Assembly: GCA_051313645.2 (NCBI GenBank)
Contig: JBNRSN020000027.1
Location: 41,168,001-41,232,000 of the forward strand
Reading direction: 5' to 3'
Origin: Centroscyllium fabricii
Lineage: Eukaryota
DNA: 64,000 nucleotides
Every line of letters begins with the position of its first letter. Position 1 is the first letter of the stretch. A model generated the notes under the pieces. That model saw nothing but the letters and a program-made list of their open reading frames with translations, had not been told where the DNA came from and did no database searches. Position numbers and translations under genes: made by a program. Positions 23,349 to 36,977 of the stretch are shown here, piece after piece.

Positions 23349-24978
23349 AGGTCTATAGTGTCCTAATTATTAATACTGTTTGTTTCAATCACCATAAACA
23401 CAGAATATATTTTAAATTAATCTAAAACTTTAAATATGCTTTCAAATGAAAAGCAAGAGAGTCATCACTGATTCCACACAAATCTTTGTTTAGGTGAGAA
23501 AGGGGATCATACACTGATCAGCTGATCCGAAAGCTGATAATCAATTGAAGTTCAATTAAAATCCTTATTTTGTACAAACTCAAATACTATTCAATTACAT
23601 AGGAAATTCATTTTCTAGCTGATGAGTGCAGTCCCAAAATTTATTTCAGTTTAAAACAAAACTTGCAGAAGCTCTATCAACAGTCCAAGTTGAAATCAGC
23701 ATTACATCAGTAGTTACACATTAAATAAATGGTGAGTAAATTCGGATGAGCCGTCAAATCTGTGCTCGACCCGATCCGGTCAATTTTCCGCTGACAAGTT
23801 GTGTTAAAATTACCCCCGGTGAATTTAAGTTTACAGCTAACAGTCAAATAGCATGCCTTGCAAAACAGCAGGGTTAGATAATTTTGTTCATTCACTATAG
23901 TTTTGCGATTATGATCAGACACCACTGAACCTCTCAATTATGTCAGCCTTGCACTATACCCCAAATTATGTTGTTTTTAATCTCAGTGTTAGTTACAAAG
24001 TGATATCCTTTTCCAAAATGTTTAGTGAAATATTAAAAGCTAATCAATAAAGTGTATTCTTACAATACAATGCACGTTTGAGATTGGACAGCAGCTTTAG
24101 GGAAGTTTAAATCTGCTACCATTTTCCTGAAACGTAGCTTTATTTACAGATCTATGGAATTTTTGGGAAGAGGAGAAGGAAGAAGAAAGTTACACACAGG
24201 GCAGGAAAAGTGCAAAACTAAGAAATGCACACAAAACTCCACAGCAGCCAACACTGTCACTCACCATCGAGTCCTGGTGTGTGTTGTGCCCCAGTCTCAC
24301 AGCTGGGGGAGACAGACACAGCTACTGGTTCTGTCTTCAAGGAAACATTTTGCTCCAAATTTGGTACAGTTGAAACATTTGGTTTACCTGCACCATAAAT
24401 TAGGATTTTGTTTAAAACTACCTGCTGCTCAAATTTAAATGGCAGCTCATTCTGCAATGGTTGATGCTGGAAAGATACTTCTGCAATGGACTTTATATTT
24501 ACCAAACTCAAATACTTGGTGAAATGAAGATTATTGTTTTTAAATGACAATTTTATCCAATAACAGAGCATATGGGTATAGGAAGCTGTTAAGGTTTTTC
24601 ACAAAGAATTTCATAACAGGCAAAATAAGGTTTACAGCTTGCAAACCAGAAGAGGGGAGAAAATAATTCCCAAATGTGATGAAAGATACAATTTTAAAAC
24701 ATCCAGCGCTGTCAATAGCAATGCAACAAATGAGACCTAATAAAAGGCGTAAAATAATTTTGAAAGTAGCAACATTCATGGATCTCCATACTGACAGCGC
24801 ATCAAGGGAGTACAGAAGTAGGCTGAACACGACCAATGTATATCTGGCTGTGGTGCCAGACTCAAAACCTACCAATTCAGGACAGAATCTCGTGTGAAGC
24901 TCCTTGGGATGTTGTACTATGTTAAATGCGCTATATAAATGCAAGCTGTTGCTGCTGTTTTACAGGAAATTGACCTAC

Positions 24979-25227
24979 CTGGCGTAAGTTCTGGCCGTTT
25001 TTTAGGTTTTATTATAGTTTTTGCACCTCCTCCAAATACTGCAGCCCAAGTTCGATTATTTAGTGGATGAGCAACTAATCGAAAGAGCTCGTTACTATCT
25101 TGAGTAGCAAGACCATGGATCAAAAGGCTTAGATAGACACCAATCACTGCCTCACAAAGCAACACATTCAATTTAGGTTGATCATCTTCCTGAGCTGTTC
25201 CAAGGAGATTAATCAGTGATGAAACAC
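24979..25227 (-). CDS. DMXL2: DMXL2 coding exon (VSSLINLLGTAQEDDQPKLNVLLCEAV...WAAVFGGG...ELTP)
   Basis: cag/gtaggt boundaries, 249 nt. Confidence 0.92.
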
Positions 25228-25400
25228 CTGGAAGAAACAAATGGGATACTTTATTAACTAGTCAAGCAGGAAGAAAACATTCTTGTAGCTTAAGTGAGTT
25301 GTTGACATCTTGTCCATACATAACCAGTCATCAAGAAGAAAAAATACAAGGTTTATATTTGATTAGATTTTAATCTTACAACCATATTCTTCCATCTTAC

Positions 25401-25528
25401 CAGGCCAATGTGACGGTGAAGAGTTTGGAGTTACATGCTCTTCAATGCTTTCAGTCCGCAGTCTACGTCTTTCACCCAACAGAAGTCCCTGATAAACCAT
25501 TCCTGTAAACAGGTTTGTAGCGGTTTGA
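25401..25528 (-). CDS. DMXL2: DMXL2 coding exon (QTATNLFTGMVYQGLLLGERRRLRTESIEEH...HWP)
   Basis: cag/gtaaga boundaries, 128 nt. Confidence 0.92.
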
Positions 25529-25821
25529 CTGTTAACAGAAAACATTTTTTTTAAAGTCCTTTCTATAAATTGAACACAAACTTTTGTTGCTTCTTGGACA
25601 AACTGACCACTCCAGAATTACTACTATATAGAAACCAATGTGGAGATATTCATTTAAGTCTGGCTATAAATTCATTTTTGATTTATTATAAAATAGCTGG
25701 ATCAGTCAATTGGATCTCAAGCACCATTTTTCTTTGTGAAGACATCTTACTGTAAAACTGATTGAACCATTCTATCCCCACTACACAGTTTGAAGAATGT
25801 CATTATAATGAATAAATTTAC

Positions 25822-25898
25822 CTGTAGCTGTGGCTGTCACACAGAGATTGGTAAATGCAGGCGGAGAGTGAAGCTGCCAAAGTGTGCAGAATGAAAAC
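25822..25898 (-). CDS. DMXL2: DMXL2 coding exon (VFILHTLAASLSACIYQSLCDSHSY)
   Basis: tag/gtaaat boundaries, 77 nt. Confidence 0.92.
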
Positions 25899-26473
25899 CT
25901 AATAAGGAAAGCGATACATTCAAAAGTGAAAGGATAGCTGGGGGAAACACCTCAGATCAATCTAAATATGGTCTGTATTGCCTCATCCTTTCATCAGATA
26001 GTGCTTTAATTACTAAATACAATGCTTAAAAACAATGTTTGGCACATATTGGAAAAGCCAAGGGTTAACGATCCCTAAGTATGCACAGGGGTACTTGCTG
26101 GAATTTAACCAGCTAAAACCGTACAGTCTGCGGCTCGTTTAGTTGGGAACCTACATATTAAAGCAGTGTATTTTTTTTTAAAGAGCTAACTGGAGCCAAG
26201 TGGGAAGAATGCCAGTCCGCAGTGATAAGACTGCCTTTCTCAGTCCCACTAATGAGCCAAACTGGTTGGACAGACATCAACCGTGCCCTGAAGTACTGTC
26301 AATGATGTGTCATCTTCGACCCAAGAAAACTATCTTCTCCTTCCCTCAAAGGAGGATATGAACTCCACTGGCAGGTTTCTATTTTCCTAAAGATGAGCTT
26401 CACAAGTAAACTAACCACTGTAACCAATACTATTAGCGTTTTCAAAGACAGCAAGCCATAATAAAAGTGTTAC

Positions 26474-26665
26474 CTTTTCATCCTTAAGACCTGGAAGAGG
26501 TGGAAAACTCATTTGTACCACTGTGTACAAGACATCATGGATGTGGTTACTCAAATGCATGACAGGGTTGGCTATCACAGTTTTGGTTGAAGCAATGCTT
26601 GCAGAAAGGAGGGGCAAAGTGGTCGGTAAAGGAAGAGGAGACTGAAGCTGTTTCACAGTAGTTTC
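26474..26665 (-). CDS. DMXL2: DMXL2 coding exon (ETTVKQLQSPLPLPTTLPLLSASIA...KDEK)
   Basis: tag/gtaaca boundaries, 192 nt. Confidence 0.92.
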
Positions 26666-28587
26666 CTATCAGGTGAGTAAAATCAATATTAGGCATAATC
26701 ATAAGTGCAGCTGTATAATGGATTAACATTGTACAATGCTGTAAAAGCTTCCTGGTGATAGACAGGACAACCTGTTCCTGGTGAAGAAAACACATTGATG
26801 GAATACAGATCCTTTACTGATAACCTGCTTAATAAATTCTACGTTGTACAAATGTGACATAAAATTTGTTGCAAAATATCATGCATGTGGAAAAAGAGAT
26901 TGGATGTTGACAGCCCCAAAAAAGTACAATTGAAAAACAGCCCTGAGTACAGGTCTATGACTAATGCCACTGCTCCAAGGCAACTGAATAAGTTAGATTC
27001 CTTTTTATTACATTGTATTTCAGTGTTTATTAGTGTCTTGGGATCACATTCCAAATTCTTTTTTTCTCTATGAAGACTGAAACCAATTGGCCTCACATAC
27101 GGCATGTAAAAGTAGTTACAATGGGTGTGTGGTGAGCTCTGAACTTCTCAGGGCTTAAGCAGCAGTTAAAAGTCAATATTCATCAGTTGTATTCTAGTTT
27201 GTTTTTTAAAGTACACAAAAGTGGATTTATACAATTTTTGATGGGTGAAGTGAGAAAGGTGCGGTACATAAAAGTGAAACTAAGATAATTGTAGGGATCT
27301 TTCTGCAATGCCTGATATGTTCAAGAAGAATATCTTGCTTTAAAAAAAATTACACACAACGCCAAGGAATATCCAGGGTGGCGGAAGTTATAGCCCCATC
27401 TCCATCATCCTCATGAACTGCAAAATCTTCACTAACTTGCTGCAGAGGTGATGATTGTTCTATTTTGTACAGAGTGGTGATCGATGGCATGCAGGAAGCC
27501 CAATGTCACCATGAACATCTATAAGCAATGACATGATAACAGTTTCCTACATTACAACAGTGACTACACTTTAAAAAGTGCTTCATTGGCTGTAAAGCGC
27601 TTTGGGTCGTCCAGAGGTCGTGAAAGCCGCTATATAAATGCACGGCTTTCTTTTTATTTCTTTCATGGCCGGTCTAAACTAATATCCTAAAATAATTAAT
27701 GGTAACTTAAATTATTAGATCAAGTAGAAGGAAGCAGCCAAGCCCCTCCAATGCCCACTAGTCGCGGATGTTACCTGTAAATCGGGGGATACTGTGTCTG
27801 ACTGTCTTTCCTAGATGCAACCACACGAAAACTTTTGATGAAGCACTAGTGCACTCACGGGACTGTATCCCATCGTGAGTTAACACCTTCAGGATAGAAG
27901 GGAGGCAAAAGAATGTGGGGGGGGGGGGGGGGAGGGGAGTGGGTAGCAAGAATGTTGAGTGGAAGGGTATTTTAAATATGAAGACTATTTTGCCAGCGAC
28001 AGGATTATCGATTTCCAAAAATCAGTTCCAGTGAGTTTAGCGAGCAATACAAACCAAACCTCAGTGCTCTCACTCCAACATATACTGTTCAGATGCCAGA
28101 TGTCAAAATCCCCATTTACTGTCTGCAGTGACGTTTAAAACCCTGGTTAAGAACTGAAATAAATGTCAACATAAAATTGAAAAATGTATTTATAACATCG
28201 GACAAAGTTGGTTTAGTTTTGCTTTATGGAAGTAACTGCGATATGCAGCATCTAAGATCTGGCTATCTGATTAATTTAGGTAAACGAGGTCATTCCGGAA
28301 TCATTTGTCGCCACCATTCTAATTGAATTTGAATGCCACATACATTTCCCACTGATTGGCCAGACAGGTTTCTGATTTTAGCAGCTTGTGATTCTTAAAG
28401 GACAGGACCTGCAGATGTACCTGAAAGGCAGAGTGTTGGTTGGAATTGAGGGAAACAAATGCTATCTGTGCCAAGATGCTCTACTGGGAGAGCAATGTAG
28501 GGATAAAGATGGTGAATTTACCTTCAAGAGATTGCATAATAGCACAAACATTCTGCAGGATGCAATGCCAGACCCAAAGACAATTTG

Positions 28588-28824
28588 TGGAGGTGCCAGT
28601 GTTGGACTGGGGTGGACAAATGCAAGAAGTCACACAACACCAGATTATAGTCCAACGGTTTTATTTTAAATCACAAGCTCCTTCCTCAGGTGAAAGAGAC
28701 TGACTTAAAGAACGCACATGTGTGATGAAGAGAGAAATCTGATATCTCCCACATCTCACCTCCGTAGAGCTAGACACATAAAGGCTTATTAACATATTTT
28801 AAGTGTTACATTTAAACATTATAC

Positions 28825-28862
<38 letters not shown>

Positions 28863-29601
28863 GAGATAACAATGTGGTCTCTCCAGTTGTTTCACATCAC
28901 ACCTCAGCTGAGGGACATCAAAGCAGTCAAAGATTTTCCAACATATCAAAGGTTGCAGTCACAAAGGGTCAAATGTTAGTCTGCTTTAAATCCCACATCA
29001 TGATTTTTTTAAAAACAGGATTTTTCTTACTTAAAATCGCAGAGCAAGCCGAGGATGGTTCGAGTCTGGATGATAGCCAAGTTCCGCACCCATGAGCACG
29101 GCCTCAACCGTGATATTGGGTTTATGTCACGCTACATGTGACCCCGCCTGACGTAGAGTCATCCAGACTCGAACCATCTTCGGCTTGCTCTGCGATTTTA
29201 AGTAAGAAAAATCCTGGTTTTTAAAAAATCATGATGTGGGATTTAAAGCAGACTAACATTTGACCCTTTGTGACTGCAACCTTTGATATGTTGGAAAATC
29301 TTTGACTGCTTTGATGTCCCTCAGCTGAGGTGTGATGTGAAACAACTGGAGAGACCACATTGTTGTCTCTCTCTATATATGCTATGTTTAAATGTAACAC
29401 TTAAAATATGTTAATATAAGCCTTTATGTGTCTAGCTCTACGGAGGTGAGATGTGGGAGATATCAGATTTCTCTCTTCATCGCACATGTGCGTTCTATAA
29501 GTCAGTCTCTCTTTCACCTGAGGAAGGAGCAGACACTCCGAAAGCTTGTGATTTAAAATAAAACCATTGGACTATAATCTGGTGTTGTGTGATTTCTTGC
29601 C
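28588..29601. mobile_element. Penelope-like insertion with ~450-bp inverted arms
   Basis: Arms 28622-29073 and 29159-29600; spacer encodes GIY-YIG C-terminus IAKFRTHEHGLNRDIGFMSRYM*; TSD aagacaatttg. Confidence 0.88.
29514..29551 (+). ncRNA. Minimal hammerhead ribozyme motif
   Basis: tcac-CTGAGGA-aggag cagaca ctcc-GAAA-gcTT-gtga; stems I and II pair, palindromic AAGCTT in place of stem III. Confidence 0.75.
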
Positions 29602-30073
29602 AAGACAATTTGACATTATACCAGCGCACAAGAGTGATCCTGGGTGTTTCCCCTCTATATCAATGGATGCTTATTTTTTTTTAAAGAGACTTTGTGGTTT
29701 CTCAGTATTAGCATATAGCCACATACTACAGGAGAGGTATTGGGTCTGATTTGCATTTTCGGTGTGCAACCGCCACCCCCCCCTCCCCACCACCCGAGGC
29801 ATTTTGATGGATGGGCCTCATCTGCATAATATTGGTGAATTGCGACTGCTGAACGAGCACTCACAGGCAGGCCCCCTTTCCAGTGGGGGGGGGGGGGGGG
29901 GGGGTACGATAATCCAACAGTTCCTCCATAGAACCAAACTGTAAGTTTGGACTTAAAGGAGGAGTTCCTGTCAGCAGAGGCCATGAACAGCAGCGCCGTT
30001 CTTCTCTCTTTTTGGGGATGGGGAATATAATTCAAGAGCAAAGAGAAAAAAGTGGAAATTAGGAAGACACAAA

Positions 30074-30903
30074 GGGGGTGATTTTCATTCCAGAGTCAGG
30101 TAGGAGGCGGGACTACAACTTTTGGGGTTGTAGTCCCGCCTCCAATCGAGGTGCGGCCAATCCACGTGATTTTAACTTGATTGTCCTTGTTGAGACCGCC
30201 CAGTGGGCTCAGCAGGCCATTTAAGGGCCACCCGGCAACAGGTGATGTCACAGACTGAAATTTCATCTGTCAAGTCGTTTTGACAGATGAAACATCAGTG
30301 TTTCGCAGCTGTTTGAAGCTGTCAAATACTGACAGTCTGACTTCTAACCCGAGTCCTTCTCCACAGACTCAGTTAGAAATCTTTCCTGCACAGAAAGCTG
30401 AATGCTGTCACTTTTGACGGTTCGCAGCCATTCTGCTTTCTGTGCCGGTGAGATGAGGGACTCCCGAGACCTGAAGGAAGGAAGGCTGAAAAGGTAAGAA
30501 AAGGTATGTTAAACTTATTCAATCACTTTAGACACACCAAACACACTTACCTTTGCACTCATGCACACATCACTCACCTGAACACTGACATCTCGACCCC
30601 TCCAAGTCCTTCAACCCGATGGCCCACCTCGCAAACTTGCCGTGGTTTGGAGCCGTCGAGAATCCCACACTTCAGCATTAAAAATAGGGCTTAGACTAGA
30701 AACTGCCTGTTAACTACCTGTTAACAGGCAGTTAATTGGCACTAATCCCTTCCAGCCTCAGGTAGGCAGGTCCCAGTGCGGGGTGGGTACACCCCGCCTT
30801 TGAAACTGGCATGGAGGCGGGTTAGGGTCGGGACCCCGATTTCGGGATTTTAACCCCCCCCCACCCCCAATCCCTACTCCACGGCTCAATGATAATCCAG
30901 GCC
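30074..30903. mobile_element. Harbinger-like MITE (19107 family), TSD AAA
   Basis: Similar along its length to the 19107 copy. Confidence 0.85.
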
Positions 30904-31040
30904 AAAATGTCTAATGGTATGAAGTATAATATGTCACTTCATCATATACATCAGTGAGTAGGACTTGTAGATTCTCACAATTAAAACCTTATGGCTGCAT
31001 TTCACGGCTTTATTTACTAAGCAGCTCCTGAGTACTTTAC

Positions 31041-32137
31041 CTGCTGTGATTCTTGTAATAGAAAGATAAGTTCCATTCTGACTGAGGCTAAGCCGCCACC
31101 CTGAGCTCCATGCAAGCTGCAGTAGCTTAGAAACACTCGGAGCAGAGCTTGATTTTTCCGCAGCCACCGTTTCCGTCTTTCTGCATGTTCTTGCTTCGCC
31201 TGCAGTCTCCGCCGATCAATCTGATGCCTCTCATATGAAGCTCCTTCTGTATTCTCAGTTAATTCTTCCTGGTCAAATGAGCCACTGATATTTTTATCTA
31301 TTTCAACAGCAGAGTCTACTTCAGTTTTATAATTGCAGATTTGATGCATAGCATAGATCTCTTTTTCTAACCAGTTGTACAGTTGAAATCGGAGTTTCCC
31401 TCCATCTACTTCATAGCCTGTAGCCAATGTCCTAAGTTCAGTCATTAGGATTTTCAAGCACGCCCTGAACTTTAACTGCTCTGCTATTACATCAACCCGA
31501 GAGTCAGCAGAAGTGGAATCCTGTCTCGGAAGAGTTCGAGACTCTTCAGGAACACCTTTTGTCTCATCTTTAGCTATATGCTCGATTTCTGCAACTTTCA
31601 TGGTCAACCCACCTGCATCCTCCTCTTCAAATTCATCTTCTTTATCATCCCATTCAAGTTTTAGTGGTTCTTCAGCAAATGTCACTACTGGCGCACTCCA
31701 GTCAAAGCCAGCAGAATTACTGGTTTCCCGGTCCAGACCAGATGAACCTGTTACAGTCTGTGACCAGTCAGCATCTTCAGTGCTTCCTCCTTGTACTGCT
31801 GCACATACAGGTTTTGCACCATTTTGGCCTTGGACACTCAACCTGCAGTTTTCACTTTTGAAGGAGGTTTTTGATTTTTTCATCACCTTTGGGATTTTAG
31901 ACAGCACCTCAAGAGCCAAGACAGGGCAACCGACTTTAAAATGAGCATTTGCTGTGGTGAAAAATAATTTCCTCTCAATGAGGTTGATTTCATCTTCACT
32001 GCTTTTCTCTGTTGCAAGTCCTAAAGTAGCCAAGGAGTCTTCGGGGGAAGCAAAATGTCTTCGCATCAGCAAGGGGTGGGCACGGAGATAATTGTAAAAA
32101 CTGAACACTACTGGATTGCAAGATTTTATGAGGACTC
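31041..32137 (-). CDS. DMXL2: DMXL2 coding exon (VLIKSCNPVVFSFYNYLR...LLQESQQ)
   Basis: cag/gtaaag boundaries, 1097 nt within ORF 31017..32162. Confidence 0.95.
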
Positions 32138-33023
32138 CTGAAACATAATAATAGGAAAACATGCTTAGTGATTACTACCAACAAGGTTAGACATAATCGG
32201 CTCGACATTCAGTAGTGATCCACCTTGCAGGGACAGTTACCCTGCGCACAAATGATGAGGTCCGAGGAGCCCCGGATATCGAGGCTCGGACTTCATTCCT
32301 ATAGAGACTGCGCTGCAGGAGGAGCTCCAATCAGGTAAGTGAAGAAAGTTTGGAACGCTGAAACGCAATGGTAAGTAATGGCCTTGGGGGAAAGTGCAGG
32401 TCTCGTGCGGTGGGTGTGTCGCCGGGGAGCGATCGGTGGCGGGAAGTGATAGCGTCAGCGACCCACAGGATTGGGATCTGGAGGTTGGGGATATTGGTGT
32501 GGAGGGAGGGAGGTCGGTCGGTCGGGGGGCTATGCTTCATGGGGCTGGGGGAGCCAGGCGCATCAGCGAGCGGGATGATGCTTTTTTTTTTGTTGCATGT
32601 GATCTTTAGGGTTGGTTTCTCAGAGTGCAGCCCGTGATGGCACTGGCTGCCTCAGGGTAAACCAATTTTGCAGCAGGGACCTGAAGCAGGCATTTGGCCT
32701 CTGATTTGCATATGGTTAAAGGACACCTCTTGTTTGTCTTCACCAAATATGGCAGGCTGCGCACTTCCGGTCGATAGTATGCGCGTGCTTCCAGACCGCC
32801 ATTTTGGGGACTTAGGAGGCCACACAGTGCCTGAATAAAGGGAGCAATGCGACCCAATTTCTAGGGCTACATGACTAAAGCCTAGAAACAAAAAACAAAT
32901 TACCCAAAATATGCAGGTATCATTATTATCAATTTGACTGTAAGCGTATAGTTTTAAACTGTGAGCGTAATACTGGACATTCAACTGATTAATATTGAAT
33001 ACTCTTCACTTGATTCTGCATAC

Positions 33024-33288
33024 CTGGATGCTCTTCACTACCCTTTGTAGGCTGTTCCAGTAGAGTATCCAATGCCTTAGAGTAATCCTTCAGAGTCCAA
33101 TATGCAATGCTTCGCAGGAATGGATCTGGGTGTAGTTGGCTAGGTACAAATTCAGACCCATCTGCCTTACAGCCAAGAACCTTGCCATAAAGGATGGATT
33201 TACAAGTAGAGGATGTTTCATAGTCGGATTCATACAGACGTGCAATAACCATGGCCAACTGGATATCATCCATTTTTTCTAGACATAC
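33024..33288 (-). CDS. DMXL2: DMXL2 coding exon (VCLEKMDDIQLAMVIARLYE...HPDPFLRSIAYW...EHP)
   Basis: tag/gtatgc boundaries, 265 nt. Confidence 0.93.
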
Positions 33289-33373
33289 CTATCAGGACAT
33301 GGACAAAAACACCATATTTGAGTATATTCAATAAAAGTCAGAAAAACATGCGCCAGCCTGATTAAACAATCGT

Positions 33374-33745
33374 GGATGACACGGTGGCGCAGTGGTTAGC
33401 ACTGCTGCCTCGCAATAAGGAGCTCCTGGGTTTGAATCCTGCTTGGTCCGGGACCTCCCTGCGTGGAGTTTGCATGTTCTCCCCGTGTTCATGTGGGTTT
33501 CCTCCGGGTACTCCGGTTTCCTCCCACCACCCAAAGACATGCAGGTTAGGTGAATTGGAGATACTAAAAATTGCCCATGAGTATGTGTGTGAGATATAGT
33601 TCTTGGAGTTGGGGGTGTCGGGGGATATGGGGAGAGGGTAGGAGGGAGGTGCTGGGTTTGGATGATCAGCCATGATCTCATCAAAAATGGCGGAGCAGGC
33701 TCAAAGGGCCGAATGGCTGACTCCTGCTCCTGTGTTTGTGTGTGT
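33374..33745 (+). mobile_element. V-SINE, second subfamily
   Basis: tRNA-like head, V-domain, CR1 tail; 3' half repeated at 44013-44180. Confidence 0.85.
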
Positions 33746-34100
33746 AAATTATTGTACAGGAAAAATAATATTGTACTCTGTATTGCAACATGTGAATCTC
33801 TGGATATTAAAAATAAGGAAAACCACATTTCCCCCACTCCCCCCAGAAACAAAAAATGACAACTAACCATTTTAACATTAAATGTTATTGAAAGTTAAGA
33901 AATAAATGCTGTATCTATTAGTTTAATAATCTTGGCCCTTTAAACACATACCCTTACAACGTTGCAAAATACTTCACAGCTTTATCTCTGAAGGAGTATC
34001 AATTGCAGCAATTAAAATATTAAAAGCTAAAATGCTGTTTTGACTAGATGTTACCTTGAAAAAAGTCAATTATGATTTGAACAAGGAAGAGCAACATTAC

Positions 34101-34266
34101 CTCAATAGCGTCCTTTAACGAACCAGCCAAAAGGAAAAACGCTGCAGATTGTTCAAAGCGCTGTTTACCCAGCAAAGCAAATGCATTTTTCAAAGCTGCT
34201 TTACGCCATCTGTCTTCACTAAAATTGTGTTTGAAAAACTCAGTCATCTTTTTATCGTGCTGAGAC
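34101..34266 (-). CDS. DMXL2: DMXL2 coding exon (SQHDKKMTEFF...WRKAALKNAFALLGKQRFEQ...DAIE)
   Basis: cag/gtaatg boundaries, 166 nt. Confidence 0.93.
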
Positions 34267-34470
34267 CTGAGAAAAAATACACACAACTTTGAGTTGTATT
34301 CCTGCTGCAGGTGCTAAATTGGTAAATATGCAGTTGCATCAATGCCAGTAATTGGATAAGTAAAAGACAGATTATCTACTTTGTATGCTCCTCTTCATTC
34401 TTCAAATGTTATGCATTTCAAAACATCTTTGGAGTGAATTGAAAAGTTTTATTGGTTCTGCAGAAACCAT

Positions 34471-35156
34471 GGGGGAAAAAAATTGAGTCGCGCCCCCTAC
34501 AGGGCACAAACTTCGCCAGGGCGCTACTTTTAGCGCCGTGAAAAAATTAGCGGCCCCGCGGGTAAAATTCATTGGTAGCACCCAAAGAGGGAAGCGGGGC
34601 GCTACTGGAAGCACCCCGCCTCCCTCTTGGGGCACTGCGAGGCAATATCGCGGCATGTCACACCGCGGTACTGCAGGCCTTCCTCCTCTTCTTAAAGGGG
34701 AGGGGCCTTGTGCAGCGCGACCTGGGGCCCAGCTGGACCACCAGGGATCGGAGTGCCGGCAAAAGCGCACTCCGCGGGGTTGGGGGGTGTCTGGTCAGGA
34801 GGCCGGGGACGGTAACGGGGGCAGGTGCTGGCACGCGGCCAGCAACAAAAATGGCCGCCCGGCACCGCGTCTTTAATTAGCGCCGTCCCAGCCGCAGATA
34901 GGTCCCCTTGACCCCGTCGGACATAGCGTCCGGCAGTAAGTCAGGGGGCGCTACACTGAAGATATCGCCCGGGGCGCTGCACACGACGATGTCATCGCCG
35001 GCGGTGCAGCACCGTGGGACACTAGCAGTTGCCGCCACCGCTAACCTCCCGCTGAATTTTGCGGGAGGCGTTGGTGGCGCCGCGCCCGGGCGCTAGTTGC
35101 TTTGCACCCCTCTTAGGGCGCTAACGGGAGGCGCAAAGCAACCGAACTTTTAGGCC
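34471..35156. mobile_element. GC-rich Harbinger-like MITE
   Basis: GGGGGAAAAAAATT start, flanks cat/gat; inverted relative at 41322-42020. Confidence 0.7.
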
Positions 35157-35576
35157 GATGTCCTTTAACACATGCATGAAAATCTTTTCAAATGTTGTAG
35201 GTAGGTGGCACAGATCATTAAATATAATTCTGCCAGTTCTTTTTTGCCCAGTAACACATAGCTACTGGAAGCACCTCGCCTCCCTCTTGGGGCACTGCAA
35301 GGCAATATCGCGGCATGTCACACCGCGGTACTAAGTTATTTTGTGGTATAAAAATTGTACCTTCTTGTTCAGGTTAGGTCCAGACTTTTACTGATGGACT
35401 CTCAAAACAAATTATTGATGGTGGTTGTAGTTGGTTTCAGACTGCCTCCTCCAGTATAACTTGATCAACTAAGTCAGTGTATCTGTTTTATTTGTTTACA
35501 AAAATGTAATCCACAGGAGGAATTTTAAAAATAATTAAATGAATAGTCAATCAATCCTTTAATACATCTACGTATA

Positions 35577-35981
35577 CAGGTCCGACACCATTAATCCGGA
35601 ACCGGCGGGACCAGGCCGGTGCCGGACTAGTGAAAAATCCGAACGATTGAGGCTTCGGCGAGCGCATGCGCAGACCATTCAAAATGGCCGCCACGCAGGC
35701 CGGTGGCCATTTTGAATGGTCTGCGCATGCCGAAGCATCAATCGTTCGGCGAGGCGCCCGGGCATGCACAGCCAAGCGTGGTGGCCATTTTGCGCATGTG
35801 CAGACAAGCGCGGCAGCCATTTTGCGCATGCGCAGACGTGTCCGACAGTCGGGGAGAGGCCCGGACATGCGCAGCCAAGCGCGGCGGCCATTTTGCGCAT
35901 GCGCAGACCAGTCGGCCGGATTCGTTCCGGCCGATTGATGTTGCCGGATTATCGGTGTCCGGATCAACGGTGCCAGACCTG
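35577..35981. mobile_element. Tigger-like TA-TSD MITE with GCGCATGCGC/GCCATTTTG arrays
   Basis: TA-CAGGTCCGACACC...GGTGCCAGACCTG-TA. Confidence 0.8.
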
Positions 35982-36194
35982 TATTTCCTTCCACCCAGTA
36001 TCTGGGTCAGCTGGAATGAAACATTGTAGTGAACCCACCAACCCGGTCACTGTACCACATACTAACTTAGAAACAGGATCAGCTCTGAATTTGGGCGGGA
36101 TGGGGGGGGATGAGAACAAATCTACACATTCTGAATGAGGCAGATTTTTAGGGGGTTTTGGGGAGCTTGTAATTACACCATTCCAAATTTTAAT

Positions 36195-36977
36195 GGCCCA
36201 GAATTTGCAGTCCAGATGATGGCGAACTGGCAGTGTTCGCTGTTATTCCGCCCTTGAAACTGACCGCAACATTGGGATTTGGTGCATGCGTATGTGGAAA
36301 TCCTGAAGTTGCGGCCTGTCTTTCATAGCTTCGACACAGGCTGCACTGTGACCCCCATCACCACCACCGCCCACCCCCCGCCAACCCCACAGAGCCAGCA
36401 ATCTGTGTAATCACCCAAATCAGGGAAACTGACAAAAACTTTGGCTCTTCCGCAGTAATTACAGTTAAATTCCCCACTAAAAGTTAGACCCAAAGGGATT
36501 AGGTGTAACTGGGGTTTTAACAGCGTACTGACGGCTAAACAAAGGTTATGGCCCTGAAAAACCTAATTTAAATTTTGTGCAGTGTGAAATTTATCAATTT
36601 TAATAAGAATTAACATTTTTAAGAAACTTTTAAAAATATTTTTAAAAGTTTGTTTATCTTTATTTCAATTTTTCCTTTTACCCATCTGAGAGCCCCAATC
36701 TTTGTTTTGCTCTCTAGCATTTTCACAAAGTTGGAATGTAAGAGCTTACCCACTTCCTTGTTCACGGTCGAAGAATTCTACATTTTGAATGGCTGCTCAG
36801 GCAGCTTGCTGACATCACAGCAGTTCGCACAAGGGGATCCCCAGTAAACTCCGCTGATTCGAATTGAACGTCAGAAAACCCGAAGTTCTCGACAGAGTCG
36901 CGAGATCTTTGTGCAGCGTGTACTTCGGGGCCAGGGACGAATGCCTTCGCTTCGCCGCTGACCGCAAATTCCGGGCC
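36195..36977. mobile_element. Harbinger-like MITE, TSD AAT (inverse of 10349 copy)
   Basis: GGCCCAGAATTTGC...GCAAATTCCGGGCC. Confidence 0.85.
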
